DNA of 59,958 nt, the filler included. It is 7 parts of 7 records of this genome, joined end to end, with 100 filler letters (N's around TTAATTAATTAA, not from the genome) between each part and the next. Parts side by side here need not be neighbours in the genome. Positions count along the whole stretch, not along the records: positions 1 to 5,626 come from SRR31147125_21712; positions 5,727 to 16,512 come from SRR31147125_21727; 5 more parts are not named here. One strand, written 5' to 3'. The notes beneath the pieces are model-generated. The model ran no database searches. It was not told where the DNA came from and saw nothing but the letters and a program-made list of their open reading frames with translations. A program made the position numbers and the translations under genes. Each line of letters starts with the position of its first letter. Within the stretch, counting starts at the first letter, position 1. Shown one piece after another: positions 1 to 10,688 of this stretch.

Positions 1-54
1 TGTTTCTTTTGTTCTGATGTGTGGGGATTGACCCACTTTATATAATTTCTCCAT
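1..54 (-). CDS. rnfD: Rnf complex subunit D, N-terminal fragment (runs off window)
   Basis: Manual translation MEKLYKVGQSPHIRTKET with GGAG RBS; SPH motif typical of RnfD N-terminus; directly downstream of rnfC. Confidence 0.8.
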   Translation of the reverse strand, partial: MEKLYKVGQSPHIRTKET

Positions 55-208
55 TTCACACTCCTTATATAGGAAATTCTCAAAATAAGTAATATATCAC
101 TAAAAACCATCAATGTTTCTAAGATTAAGTTTTGGAATATATTTTTCAAAATAAATTTCCTCATAATTATTTTTTTCGTATAATTCTAAAAGTAAAAATT
201 TTCAAATT

Positions 209-1522
209 TTATTTTTTCATACTTCTTAGTTTAGCTTTACCAATTTTGATTCCTTCTGTTAATGGTCTATTAGCTGGACAAACAAATGAACATGTTCCAC
301 ACTCGATGCAATCCATTAGATCATATTTCTGAAGTTCTTCCCACTTCTCAAATCTAGCGTATTTTGCATACATTAGAGGCGATAAGTTCATTGGACAGAC
401 ATCTACACATTTTCCACAAGTGATACAAGCTCTTGATTTATATGGACGCATCTCCTTTTTAGTTAAAGCTAAAAGTCCCGAAGTTCCTTTAATTACCGAT
501 TTTTCTTCTGTATATTGCGCTAGCCCCATCATTGGCCCACCCATCACAAGCTTCTCAGTAATATCTCTATCAATTCCACAAAAATCAAGGATTTCATTAA
601 ATGGAGTTCCTACCTTAACTTTTAAATTTTTAGGCTCTTTAATTCCGCCTCCTGAAATTGTCATTACTTTTTCAATTACAGGTATTCCTTCAACAATTGC
701 TTCATATATTGATAATGCAGTTGCCGTATTTTGTACTACAACTCCTACTTCTGCAGGAAGTTTTCCTGAAGGTACATCTCTATCAACAATCGCTTTGATT
801 AACTGTTTTTCCCCACCTTGAGGATATTTAGTTTTAAGAACCGCTACTTCCATTCCGTCAAATGGTTTTAGTGCTTCTTGCATTTTAGCTATTGCTTCAT
901 GTTTGTTTTCTTCAATTCCAACAAATACAGTTTTGATTCCAAGAGCATGTCTAATAATATCAAAACCTTTTACCATTTTCTCTGTTTGCTCTAACATTAA
1001 TCTGTTATCTGCATTTAAGTATGGTTCACATTCAGCACCATTAATAAGTAGAGTATCAATAACTTTATCCTTTGGAGGATTTAGTTTGATGTGAGTAGGG
1101 AACGTTGCTCCACCTTGTCCTACTACTCCTCTTTCTCTTATGTGCTTTAAAAGTTCATCTTTAGAAAGATTCTTATAGTTTTCGAATTTTTCATAAAGTT
1201 CTTCTTCTTCTTTAAAATCATTTTCAATCTTTACTGTCATTACTCGTCCGCTTACAGGGAAGGGGTGCATCTCAATCTTCTTAACTGTTCCACTTACTGA
1301 TGAATGAACAGGCGTTGATAAGAATCCTTCACTATCTCCAATTTTCTGCCCTTTTTTTACATAATCTCCTACCTTTACTAATGGGTCAAGTATAACTCCG
1401 ATGTGTTGTAGTAGTGGTACGTAAATCATTTTGGAAGGCTCAAAAGTTTCGATAGCTTTTTCTTCTGTTAAAGCTTTGTACTCTGGTGGATGAATTCCTC
1501 CCTTAAAGGTAAACAATTTCAT
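209..1522 (-). CDS. rnfC: Rnf electron transport complex subunit C
   Basis: FKGGIHP start, NGAECEPY, YPQGGEKQL, MGGPMMG and two CxxCxxCxxxCP Fe-S motifs; ATG at 1522 preceded by AGGAGAGG. Confidence 0.95.
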   Translation of the reverse strand: MKLFTFKGGIHPPEYKALTEEKAIETFEPSKMIYVPLLQHIGVILDPLVKVGDYVKKGQKIGDSEGFLSTPVHSSVSGTVKKIEMHPFPVSGRVMTVKIENDFKEEEELYEKFENYKNLSKDELLKHIRERGVVGQGGATFPTHIKLNPPKDKVIDTLLINGAECEPYLNADNRLMLEQTEKMVKGFDIIRHALGIKTVFVGIEENKHEAIAKMQEALKPFDGMEVAVLKTKYPQGGEKQLIKAIVDRDVPSGKLPAEVGVVVQNTATALSIYEAIVEGIPVIEKVMTISGGGIKEPKNLKVKVGTPFNEILDFCGIDRDITEKLVMGGPMMGLAQYTEEKSVIKGTSGLLALTKKEMRPYKSRACITCGKCVDVCPMNLSPLMYAKYARFEKWEELQKYDLMDCIECGTCSFVCPANRPLTEGIKIGKAKLRSMKK

Positions 1523-1887
1523 TTCCAAACCTCTCCTTTTCACACTTTTATTTTATTGTATTATAAACAACCATATTAGATTATTATAACACATTTTTCA
1601 TAAACTTTGTCCAAAAAATGCCTATGTTAAATTAAGGTTAACATCATAACATAGTACACTATACGTTAACGTTTGTAAAGTATAGTTATTTTTTTATCTT
1701 ATTTTTCACGAAATTACTAGCTTCCATTTAAGTGATTTAATTCCTAATAAAAATATAATATTCTACTTATACGTTTAATAGTATGCGATTATATTTTCTA
1801 TTATCCTATTTATTTTTTTGAACTGTGTAAAACTGTTTATCCACGCTTTATAAACTCTAATGATTTCTAGGAAAAAACTTGAGATTG

Positions 1888-2457
1888 TTATTTTTTTCTA
1901 TTGTACTTCTCTATTACACGTTCTATTGATTTAGCTGTACATACTGATTTGGCTGCTTTTGATGCCGTTTCTATTAGTTCGTCAACTGCTTCCTGCTCCG
2001 CTTTTGGGAAGTTACCTAGTACATAATTTATCACACCATCTCTAGTTTCAGGTTTTCCTATCCCACACTTTACTCTGATAAAGTTCTCACTGAAATGACT
2101 TATAATTGACTTAAGTCCGTTATGACCTCCAGCTCTTCCTTTTTGTTTGATTTTTAATTGACCTAATTTAAGATCCATATCATCAAAAACAACTACAACA
2201 TCCTCTTCAATATCTAATTTATAAAACGAAACTACCTCTTTAATGGAGTTACCACTAAGGTTCATAAATGTTTGAGGTTTTAGTAGCATTATTTTTTCGC
2301 CATTTACTATCGCTTCTCCAATAAGACCTTGAAATTTCTCCCTAAAATTTGTTATCTCAAACTGTTCCGCCAGGTAATCTATCACCATAAAACCAATATT
2401 GTGCCTTGTATTTTCATATTTTTCTCCCGGATTTCCTAACCCAACTATCAATTTCAT
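1888..2457 (-). CDS. pth: Peptidyl-tRNA hydrolase
   Basis: LIVGLGNPG, TRHNIGF, KPQTFMNLSG, GGHNGLKSI motifs. Confidence 0.97.
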   Translation of the reverse strand: MKLIVGLGNPGEKYENTRHNIGFMVIDYLAEQFEITNFREKFQGLIGEAIVNGEKIMLLKPQTFMNLSGNSIKEVVSFYKLDIEEDVVVVFDDMDLKLGQLKIKQKGRAGGHNGLKSIISHFSENFIRVKCGIGKPETRDGVINYVLGNFPKAEQEAVDELIETASKAAKSVCTAKSIERVIEKYNRKK

Positions 2458-2641
2458 TACTCTATTTTCCTCCTAAAATTTATTCTTTTAAAATTTAACC
2501 TTGCCTATGTCAGAAACTGCCTTTACCTCGGTGAAGATAAAACATTTTCGCCTTTACAAACCTTACACCTTGATCATCTAAAATTTCAGTGAAGAAACTA
2601 CAAAAGTCGCAGTTTTATTAGTAAACGATATATTATAACAT

Positions 2642-2690
2642 AAAAAAACTGCAGCGTATCAAGCTTTTTACAAGCTAAATAAACTGCAGT
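2642..2690 (-). terminator. Probable rho-independent terminator of amino-acid ABC operon
   Basis: Minus strand ACTGCAG...CTGCAGT stem followed by a T run just after the ATPase stop. Confidence 0.55.
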
Positions 2691-2701
2691 GTATATTAAT
2701 A

Positions 2702-3427
2702 CTAAAGAACTTTTCCTAAGAAATCTTTTGTTCTATCATGCTGAGGATTTCCAAATACAACTTCTGGTTTACCTTGCTCTACAATGTTCCCATCAGCCAT
2801 AAATACTACTCTGTCACATACCTCTCTTGCAAATCCCATCTCATGTGTAACAACAACCATTGTCATTCCATGATCTTGCGCAAGATCTTTCATTACCTGA
2901 AGTACCTCACCAACCATCTCTGGGTCTAGTGCTGACGTCGGTTCATCAAACAACATAATCTCTGGTTTCATTGCAAGTGCTCTCGCTATTGCAACCCTTT
3001 GTTTTTGTCCTCCCGAAAGACTATCAGGATACTCATTAGCCTTCTCTTTCAATCCTACTTTATCCAAAAGCTCTAATGCTAACTCATCGGCTTCTTCTTT
3101 AGTCATTTTCTTTAGATTAACAGGTGCTAAAGTTATGTTTTCTATAACTTTTAAATGAGGGAAAAGATTGAATGATTGAAAAACCATTCCAATTTTTTCT
3201 CTAAGCTTATTTACATTAATTGCAGGATCAGTTAAATCTATTTCGTCAATAAATATATGACCATCTGTTGCTTCTTCAAGTCCATTTAAACACCTAAGTA
3301 GCGTACTCTTTCCTGAACCAGACGGTCCTATCAAAGATACAACTTCATTATTTTTCACTTCAAAATCTATACCATCAAGAACTACATTATCCCCAAATGC
3401 TTTAACTAAATTTCTAACATTTATCAT
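2702..3427 (-). CDS. Polar amino-acid ABC transporter ATP-binding protein (GlnQ family)
   Basis: GPSGSGKS Walker [35 protein letters not shown]. Confidence 0.95.
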   Translation of the reverse strand: MINVRNLVKAFGDNVVLDGIDFEVKNNEVVSLIGPSGSGKSTLLRCLNGLEEATDGHIFIDEIDLTDPAINVNKLREKIGMVFQSFNLFPHLKVIENITLAPVNLKKMTKEEADELALELLDKVGLKEKANEYPDSLSGGQKQRVAIARALAMKPEIMLFDEPTSALDPEMVGEVLQVMKDLAQDHGMTMVVVTHEMGFAREVCDRVVFMADGNIVEQGKPEVVFGNPQHDRTKDFLGKVL

Positions 3428-4067
3428 CCTTGTAGTTTCACCTCAATTCTTCTAAATACAGTTGTTAACATAAATATTAATACAAAGTAAAGAAATCCTA
3501 TCATTGTCCAAATTTCAAATGATCTATAAGTTGAAGCGATGACAATCTGTCCACTTTGAGTTAGTTCCCTAACACCTATTACCGTTAAGATAGATGTATC
3601 TTTTAGTGATATAATAAACTGATTTAATATTGCTGGTATCATATTTCTAAAAGCTTGAGGCAGTACTACCTTCCTCATTGCTAAACCATATGGAAGACCT
3701 AAACTTCTAGCTGCCTCCATTTGACCTTTATCAATTGCTTGAATTCCACCTCTAAAGATTTCTGACATGTAAGCTCCAGCATTTAAACTGATAACTATTA
3801 TACCAGCAACCTCTGCACTCATACTAAATCCAAGTGCTCCTGTCATTCCAAAATAAAGAAAAACGCCTGTACTATAAGCGGTGTTCCTCTAACTATATCA
3901 ATATAAGCTTTTGCAAATGGCTTTAGAAATTTATTATCGCCAATATTTATTAGTCCTATAAAAAGACCAATAAATGTTGCAAAAACAAGTGCTAAACTTG
4001 TTATTTCAAGTGTTATAAGCATCCCTCTAAGAAATGAAGGTAAGCTCTCCATAAAAAGACCTATCAT
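3424..4067 (-). CDS. Polar amino-acid ABC permease (HisM/GlnP family), split by a 1-nt frameshift near 3850
   Basis: ORF 3843-4067 (RGTPLIVQ) and ORF 3424-3846 ([21 protein letters not shown]) are consecutive halves of one permease. Confidence 0.85.
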
Positions 4068-4135
4068 TTTTTCTCCTCTCCAAATAAAAATTCTATTAAA
4101 TTTACTATTTATTCATCTAAAAACATACATAAAGA

Positions 4136-4166
4136 GAGCTTAATGCCAAACAAAGACATTAAGCTC
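4136..4166 (-). terminator. Hairpin between binding-protein and permease genes
   Basis: GAGCTTAATG / CATTAAGCTC 10-bp inverted repeat. Confidence 0.45.
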
Positions 4167-4203
4167 CACAACTTAAGATAATTTTTTAGTCTAACTTAGT
4201 CTC

Positions 4204-4971
4204 TTATCTATATTTATCAAGTATTTTATCATACTCGCCTGTTTCTTTTAGCTTTCTAAGACCAGAGTTAAATTTTTCAAGTAGTTCTTGGTTTTTACCT
4301 TTTTTAACTGCAAAACCATAGTCTGACTCATCTAATCTATCTCCAACTATTCTTAAATCAGAGTTAGAATCTAAAGATATTTTATAAGATATAACTGGTA
4401 AATCCTCAAACGTAATATCTGCATTTCCATTTATTACCTCTTGGAACATTGACGGAGAATCATCAAAATATCTAATTGATGCTTTTAGTTTTTTTACATT
4501 CTCTTCAGCATATTTTGATCCAGTTGTTCCTTTTTTTACCGCAAACTTTTTTCCTGCAAAATCAGAAAATGTTTTAATCGAACTATTTGAAGCCTTCACA
4601 ACTGCTACAGTTCCACTGTTATAATAGTCATCAGAAAAATCTAAAACTTTTTTTCTGTCACCTGTTATAGACATTGCCGCAATAGCTCCGTCTAATTGGC
4701 CTGCTATTACACCTGGAATTATACCATTAAAGTTCATTGGTTTTAATTCATACTTAAAACCTTCTAATTTAGCTACAGCATCTAAGATTTCCACATCAAT
4801 ACCTGTATATTCCCCATCTTTTTCATATGAAAATGGAGCGAATGCAGCATCTGTTGCAATTCTATATACTTTGTTTTTACTCTTTTTCTTTGAACCAAAT
4901 AAAGCATAAGATTCAGTTGATGTTAATAAAATCAACATTAAAGCTGTTAATATAAGTGACAATCTTTTCAT
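4204..4971 (-). CDS. Polar amino-acid ABC substrate-binding protein (GlnH family)
   Basis: Signal peptide, ATDAAFAPF, GIDVEI, DFSDDYY, AVKKGTTG, GEYDKILDKY. Confidence 0.92.
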   Translation of the reverse strand: MKRLSLILTALMLILLTSTESYALFGSKKKSKNKVYRIATDAAFAPFSYEKDGEYTGIDVEILDAVAKLEGFKYELKPMNFNGIIPGVIAGQLDGAIAAMSITGDRKKVLDFSDDYYNSGTVAVVKASNSSIKTFSDFAGKKFAVKKGTTGSKYAEENVKKLKASIRYFDDSPSMFQEVINGNADITFEDLPVISYKISLDSNSDLRIVGDRLDESDYGFAVKKGKNQELLEKFNSGLRKLKETGEYDKILDKYR

Positions 4972-5169
4972 GATTATTTACACCTTTCCTAGTAAAGTTA
5001 TTTAAATACTCAAGTATACTAACATATATCTAATGAATAGTCAATATATAATAAGTTTATCAATCATATACTAGGTTAATGCATTTTTCTATTTATTACT
5101 AATCTTATTTAATCGCCGTTATTTCAAAATGACAAATTATCTAATTAACTAATTAAAGTTAAGTAATCC

Positions 5170-5626
5170 CTATCTATATTTGTCTAATATTTTATCATAC
5201 TCGCCTGTTTCTTTTAATTTTTTAAGACCAGCATTAAACTGAGCTAATAACTCTTCGTTATTTCCTTTTTTTACTGCAAATCCATAATCTGCTTTAGTTA
5301 ATCTATCTCCTACTATTTTTAGCTTAGCATCTTTATCTAAAGAGATTTGATAACCAATAACAGGTAAATCTTCAAATGTAATATCCGCATTTCCATTTAT
5401 TACTTCTTGGAACATTGATGGAGAATCATCAAAATGTCTAATTGAAGCTCCTAATTTTTTCTCATTGTCTTGCGCATATTTAGCACCAGTCGTTCCTTTT
5501 TTAACTGCAAATTTTTTACCAACAAAGTCTGCTTCTGAATTAATTGAATTATCTGCAACATTTACAACTGCTACAATTCCACTCTCATAATAACCAGCTG
5601 AGAAATCTAATACTTTTGCTCTAGCT
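5170..5626 (-). CDS. Second tandem GlnH-family binding protein, 5' end missing (contig edge)
   Basis: C-terminal half closely similar to 4204-4971 (MFQEVINGNADITFEDLPVI...GEYDKILDKYR). Confidence 0.88.
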
Positions 5627-5726
5627 NNNNNNNNNNNNNNNNNNNNNNNNNNNNNNNNNNNNNNNNNNNNTTAATTAATTAANNNNNNNNNNNNNNNNNN
5701 NNNNNNNNNNNNNNNNNNNNNNNNNN
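5627..5726. other. Artificial contig linker (N44-TTAATTAATTAA-N44)
   Basis: N run with all-frame stop linker; gene context changes across it. Confidence 0.99.
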
Positions 5727-5780
5727 GACGAAGAAGCAAAAGAATTGCTAGATTTGTTGGGTATGCCTTTTGCAAAATAG
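5727..5780 (+). CDS. rplE: 50S ribosomal protein L5, C-terminal fragment
   Basis: [17 protein letters not shown] immediately before rpsN. Confidence 0.9.
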   Translation, partial: DEEAKELLDLLGMPFAK

Positions 5781-5791
5781 GAGGAATTATT

Positions 5792-5977
5792 TTGGCTAAG
5801 AAGAGTATGAAAATTAAACAGCAAAGAGGCTCTAAGTTTTCTACAAGGAACTACACGCGCTGTCGTATATGCGGTAGACCACACTCAGTGCTTAGAAAAT
5901 ATGGCATATGTCGTATATGCTTTAGAGAACTTGCTTACAAAGGTGAAATACCTGGCGTTAGAAAAGCTAGTTGGTAA
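5792..5977 (+). CDS. rpsN: 30S ribosomal protein S14, zinc-binding type Z
   Basis: 61 aa, RCRICGRP...CRICFRE motif. Confidence 0.97.
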   Translation: MAKKSMKIKQQRGSKFSTRNYTRCRICGRPHSVLRKYGICRICFRELAYKGEIPGVRKASW

Positions 5978-6124
5978 AAATTTAGACTATAAGCTTTTAA
6001 GCTAAATAGTATGTAATGTTTGAATCTACGATATTAGCAAATTATCTTTTGACTAGATTTGCTATAAATTCGTAAAGTTACACAGCAAAATAAGCTGTGA
6101 TGGAATAATCGAGGAGGTATTAGT

Positions 6125-6521
6125 ATGCCGGTTACAGATCCAGTAGCGGATATGCTTACAAGGATTAGAAATGCTTTAATTGCAAAGCATGATGTGATAA
6201 ATCTTCCTTCTTCTAAGATGAAGAAATCTATTGTACAGATTCTTTTGACAGAAGGTTACGTAAAAGGATATGAAGTTATCGACACTAGTGTTGGGAAAAC
6301 ACTAAAAATTACATTAAAATATGGACCTAATGGCGAAAAAGTTATTACAGGACTAAAAAGAATTAGTAAACCTGGCCTTAGAGTTTATGTAAAAAAAGAT
6401 GAAGTTCCAAAAGTTCGGTGGATTGGGTATCGCAATTGTGTCTACATCAAAAGGTGTTATGACCGATGGCGAAGCAAGGACTGAGTCTGTTGGTGGAGAA
6501 GTATTAGCATATATTTGGTAA
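6125..6521 (+). CDS. rpsH: 30S ribosomal protein S8 (apparent 2-nt deletion near 6416)
   Basis: [22 protein letters not shown]; the C-terminal [17 protein letters not shown]...GGEVLAYIW continues in another frame. Confidence 0.93.
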
Positions 6522-6568
6522 TACGAGAAAATACAAAAAATTAAGATTTTTTTGGAGGTGCAAGGAAT

Positions 6569-7108
6569 ATGTCCAGAATAGGAAATTTACCTATCACAAT
6601 TCCAGCTGGCTTGGATATAAAAGTTTCTGATGATAACGTTGTATCCGTTAAAGGCCCAAAGGGCGAGCTTAGCACTAAGATTAATAGCGATATGCAAGTT
6701 GACATTGAAGATGGTGTTTTGAAAGTTAAAAGACCTTCTGATAGAAAAGACCATAAAGCTTTACATGGTCTAAGTCGTGCTCTTATAAACAACATGGTTC
6801 TTGGTGTAACAAGTGGTTTTTCAAAAACTCTTGAAATTCAAGGTGTTGGATACAGAGCTGCGCTTAAAGGTAAAAATTTAGTGTTAAATTTAGGATATTC
6901 AAATCCTGTGGATTTTGAACAGCCTACTGGAATTACTTTTGAAGTTCCTAACCAAACAACAATAGTTGTTTCAGGTTCTGATAAACAAGCAGTTGGTGAA
7001 ACTGCTGCAAATATTAGAAAAATTCGTCCACCGGAGCCTTATAAAGGCAAAGGTATTAGATATCAGGGCGAATATGTACGTCGTAAAGTCGGTAAGACTG
7101 GAATGTAG
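6569..7108 (+). CDS. rplF: 50S ribosomal protein L6
   Basis: [23 protein letters not shown]. Confidence 0.98.
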   Translation: MSRIGNLPITIPAGLDIKVSDDNVVSVKGPKGELSTKINSDMQVDIEDGVLKVKRPSDRKDHKALHGLSRALINNMVLGVTSGFSKTLEIQGVGYRAALKGKNLVLNLGYSNPVDFEQPTGITFEVPNQTTIVVSGSDKQAVGETAANIRKIRPPEPYKGKGIRYQGEYVRRKVGKTGM

Positions 7109-7128
7109 TTGAAAGGTGGCAATGAAAA

Positions 7129-7497
7129 TTGATTAAAAAAGCGGATAAAAACAAAAAACGTGTCGCTCGCCACTATAGGCAGCGTAATAAAATTTCAGGT
7201 ACTACTGAGCGTCCAAGATTATGTGTATTTAGATCATCTAAGCATATCTATGCACAGATAATTGATGACGTAAAGGGTGTAACTGTTGCATCTGCTTCTA
7301 CATTGGATGCAGACGTGAAAACAAAAATTGATGACAAAAACAAAACGGAAGTTGCTGCTATTGTTGGCGAGTTCGTTGGGAAAAGAGCAATTCAAGCTAA
7401 GATTTCTGAAGTTGTTTTCGACCGTGGTGGTTTTGTTTATACAGGTAGAGTTGCTGCTCTTGCAGATGGTGCAAGAAAAGCTGGTCTAAAATTCTAA
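7129..7497 (+). CDS. rplR: 50S ribosomal protein L18
   Basis: [26 protein letters not shown]. Confidence 0.98.
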   Translation: MIKKADKNKKRVARHYRQRNKISGTTERPRLCVFRSSKHIYAQIIDDVKGVTVASASTLDADVKTKIDDKNKTEVAAIVGEFVGKRAIQAKISEVVFDRGGFVYTGRVAALADGARKAGLKF

Positions 7498-7513
7498 AAG
7501 GAGGATAGAAGAC

Positions 7514-8014
7514 TTGCAACGTTTTGAAGAAAAAGATAAAGAGTTTAAGGAAAAACTAGTTGCCGTTAACAGAGTTTCAAAAGTTGTTAAAGGTGGACGT
7601 AACTTCCGCTTTACTGCTCTTGTAGTTATTGGTAACGAAAAAGGCAAGGTTGGAACTGGGCTTGGAAAAGCTATGGAAATCCCAGATGCGATTAGAAAAG
7701 CTGTTCAAAAGGCTAAACGTAATTTGGTTGAGGTTCCAATGGAAGGAACATCTATTCCTCATGAAATAGTTGGTGTATACGGCAGAGGAAAAGTTAAACT
7801 AATGCCTGCTGGCAAAGGTACTGGTGTTATAGCTGGTGGTCCTGCGCGTGCTGTATTAGAACTTGCTGGATACAAGGATATTAGAACAAAATCATATGGT
7901 TCCAACACACCTTCAAACTGTGTTAAAGCTACCATTGAGGGACTTAAAAACCTTAAAACAGCTGAACAAGTTTCGAAGTTACGTGGTATCAGCGTTGAGG
8001 AACTAAGGAGATAG
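7514..8014 (+). CDS. rpsE: 30S ribosomal protein S5
   Basis: [20 protein letters not shown]. Confidence 0.98.
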   Translation: MQRFEEKDKEFKEKLVAVNRVSKVVKGGRNFRFTALVVIGNEKGKVGTGLGKAMEIPDAIRKAVQKAKRNLVEVPMEGTSIPHEIVGVYGRGKVKLMPAGKGTGVIAGGPARAVLELAGYKDIRTKSYGSNTPSNCVKATIEGLKNLKTAEQVSKLRGISVEELRR

Positions 8015-8018
8015 TACT

Positions 8019-8207
8019 ATGGCAAAGAAAAAACAACTTAAAATTAAGCTTGTTAAATCTGCGATTGGATATTCACAGAAACAAAAGGATACCTTAAGGG
8101 CTTTGGGTCTTAGAAAACTAGGCAAAGAAGTTGTTAAGGATGCAACTCCTGAAATAAAAGGTATGGTTAACGCTGTTAGCCACCTTGTGCAAGCAGAAGA
8201 AGTTTAA
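8019..8207 (+). CDS. rpmD: 50S ribosomal protein L30
   Basis: [15 protein letters not shown]; operon position. Confidence 0.96.
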   Translation: MAKKKQLKIKLVKSAIGYSQKQKDTLRALGLRKLGKEVVKDATPEIKGMVNAVSHLVQAEEV

Positions 8208-8220
8208 GGAGGACCGATAG

Positions 8221-8664
8221 GTGAGAATAGGTGAATTAAAAGCCCCTGCTGGATCAACATCTAAGAAAAAACGTGTTGGTCGTGGTGTGGGTTCAGGAAT
8301 GGGAAAAACATCTACAAGAGGTCAAGATGGTCAAAACAGCAGAAGCGGTGGCGGTACTCGTCCTGGTTTTGAAGGTGGCCAAATGCCTCTTGCAAGAAGA
8401 CTTCCTAAAAGAGGATTTACAAATATATTTGGTAAAACATATGCGGTAATTAATGTTGATACTTTAGAGATGTTTGAAGATGGAACAGAAGTTACTGTAG
8501 AAATGCTAAAAGAACAAAAAGTAATCAAGAAGATAAACGACGGTCTAAAAATCTTAGGTAATGGCGAGCTTACTAAAAAGCTTACTGTTAAAGCTGTTAA
8601 GTTTACAGCTTCTGCTAAAGAAAAGATTGAAAAGGCTGGCGGAACAGCTGAGGTGATTGAATAA
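8221..8664 (+). CDS. rplO: 50S ribosomal protein L15
   Basis: [24 protein letters not shown]. Confidence 0.98.
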   Translation: MRIGELKAPAGSTSKKKRVGRGVGSGMGKTSTRGQDGQNSRSGGGTRPGFEGGQMPLARRLPKRGFTNIFGKTYAVINVDTLEMFEDGTEVTVEMLKEQKVIKKINDGLKILGNGELTKKLTVKAVKFTASAKEKIEKAGGTAEVIE

Positions 8665-9938
8665 TGTTCAAGACATTAGTGAATGCGTGGAAAGTTCCAG
8701 ATTTGCGCAAAAAGATTCTTTTTACATTAATGATGCTATTTGTTTATAGATTAGGTGCTCACGTGCCGATCCCTGGCATCAATGTAGAGTATGTCTCACA
8801 AGCAATAGGCGATAGTGCACTGTTTGGATATATGGATATCTTTAGTGGTGGTGCGCTGGCTAACTTAACAATATTTGCTTTGGGTATTATGCCATACATC
8901 AACTCTTCCATCATAATGAACCTTCTACCAATGGCGATTCCTGCTTTGGAAAAGATGGTTAAAGAAGGACCTGAAGGAAGAAAGAAAATAGCGGCTATTA
9001 CAAGATACCTAACGGTTGTATTAGGTCTTATAATGTCAATAGGTATAGTTGCATCTCTTGGAGATCAAGCACTATACGAAGCAACATTGTTCAATAAGTT
9101 TACAGTAGTAATGTGTCTAACAGCTGGTACTGCACTTATCATGTGGATAGGTGAAAAGATTAATGAAGCTGGTATTGGAAACGGTATTTCGCTCATCATC
9201 TTTATCAGTATCGTATCAAAACTGCCAGAAATGGGTCTGATTATGTTACAAACAACATTCTTAGGCGTAGAACCAAACATGAGCGTTGCAACTTTCTTTG
9301 CAATAATTATAGTTATGCTATTGGTTGTAGCAGGCATTGTGTTTGTTGACCTTGGTGAAAGAAGAATTCCTGTACAATATGCTAAGCGTGTTGTTGGAAG
9401 AAAAATGTATGGTGGTCAATCAACATATATTCCAATGAAGATAAATCAGTCTGGTGTTTTACCGCTTATCTTTGCGGTTACATTGATGCAGTTTCCTGCT
9501 ATATTGGTTCAATCATTTTTCCAAGAATCAGGATTCGCTAACTTTTATGCAAATTATTTGGCAGCAGGAACTTGGACATATGCGATTGTTTATGCATTAC
9601 TAATATTCTTTTTTACATTCTTCTACACACAGATTTCGTTTAATCCAGTAGAAGTTTCTAAGAATATTCAAGGTAATGGCGGATTTATTCTTGGTATAAG
9701 ACCAGGTAAGCCTACATCAGATTACTTGTCAAAGATTCTTTCAAGAGTAACATTGTTTGGCGCGTTATTCTTAGCTATAATTGCTTCGATTCCAACGCTT
9801 CTAAATACACTTTCATCAATTGCTGGTGGTGTGTTTGGTGCAACAAGTCTTTTGATTATGGTAAATGTTTCACTTGAAACTACTAAACAGATTGAATCAC
9901 AAATGATGATGCGTCATTATAAAGGATTCTTGAAATAA
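8664..9938 (+). CDS. secY: Preprotein translocase SecY
   Basis: IFALGIMPYI, GIGNGISLII, GIRPGKPT; multiple TM segments. Confidence 0.98.
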   Translation: MFKTLVNAWKVPDLRKKILFTLMMLFVYRLGAHVPIPGINVEYVSQAIGDSALFGYMDIFSGGALANLTIFALGIMPYINSSIIMNLLPMAIPALEKMVKEGPEGRKKIAAITRYLTVVLGLIMSIGIVASLGDQALYEATLFNKFTVVMCLTAGTALIMWIGEKINEAGIGNGISLIIFISIVSKLPEMGLIMLQTTFLGVEPNMSVATFFAIIIVMLLVVAGIVFVDLGERRIPVQYAKRVVGRKMYGGQSTYIPMKINQSGVLPLIFAVTLMQFPAILVQSFFQESGFANFYANYLAAGTWTYAIVYALLIFFFTFFYTQISFNPVEVSKNIQGNGGFILGIRPGKPTSDYLSKILSRVTLFGALFLAIIASIPTLLNTLSSIAGGVFGATSLLIMVNVSLETTKQIESQMMMRHYKGFLK

Positions 9939-9949
9939 CTTATACGCGT

Positions 9950-9982
9950 AGCTCGATATGCTTAAAAGCATATGAGCTTTTT
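9950..9982 (+). terminator. Terminator-like hairpin after secY
   Basis: AGCTC-ATATGCTT / AAGCATAT-GAGCT stem followed by TTTT. Confidence 0.6.
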
Positions 9983-10050
9983 GCGGAAGGTTAAGTAGAT
10001 TATTATAGGCTTTAAACTGAACTAATATAAAGTGAAAGGGTAGTCATATT

Positions 10051-10674
10051 ATGAAATTGATTTTTTTGGGTCCTCCAGGTGCTGGTAAAGGAACCCAAGC
10101 CCAAAACACATGTGTTAAATATGGAATAGCTCATATTTCTACTGGAGATATGCTTAGGGCTGCTATGAAGCAAGGAACAGAGCTTGGATTAAAAGCTAAA
10201 GCGTTAGTGGAAGCTGGTAAGCTTGTTGCCGATGATATTATTATTGGAATGGTGAAAGAAAGACTTGCGCAAGATGACTGTAAAAATGGATTTTTGCTGG
10301 ATGGTTTTCCTAGAACTTTAGAACAAGCGAAAGCTTTGGATGGAATAGTTACCCTAGATGCTTGCATAAACATTGATGTACCTGCAAAACACTTAGTTGA
10401 TAGAATTTGCAGTAGACGCGTTTGTAAAGAATGCGGTGGAACTTTTGCACTTGCTTTTTTAAAAAGTGATGCGTGCGAGCTATGTGGCGGCGAGCTTTAT
10501 CAAAGACCTGACGACAATGAAGAAACTGTTAAAGGTAGAATTGATGTCTATGAAAAGCAAACAAAACCGCTTATAGATTTTTATAAAGAAAAAGATATTG
10601 TAATCAATATTGATGGAACAAACAGCATAGATAAAGTTACCGAAGATATATGTGAAGTTTTAGATAAGCTGTAA
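10051..10674 (+). CDS. adk: Adenylate kinase (zinc lid)
   Basis: GPPGAGKGTQA, LDGFPRT, CxxC...CxxC lid. Confidence 0.98.
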   Translation: MKLIFLGPPGAGKGTQAQNTCVKYGIAHISTGDMLRAAMKQGTELGLKAKALVEAGKLVADDIIIGMVKERLAQDDCKNGFLLDGFPRTLEQAKALDGIVTLDACINIDVPAKHLVDRICSRRVCKECGGTFALAFLKSDACELCGGELYQRPDDNEETVKGRIDVYEKQTKPLIDFYKEKDIVINIDGTNSIDKVTEDICEVLDKL

Positions 10675-10688
10675 AAAAGGTATATAAT

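Noticed and set aside
1625-1645. TGTTAA-N7-TTAACA upstream of rnfC as a Rex operator
   Set aside because: Half-site spacing does not fit the Rex TTGTGAA-N4-TTCACAA geometry
1824-1845. Two DnaA-box-like 9-mers (TGTGTAAAA, TTATCCACG) in an AT-rich spacer as an origin
   Set aside because: Only two boxes, one imperfect, and no dnaA/dnaN context
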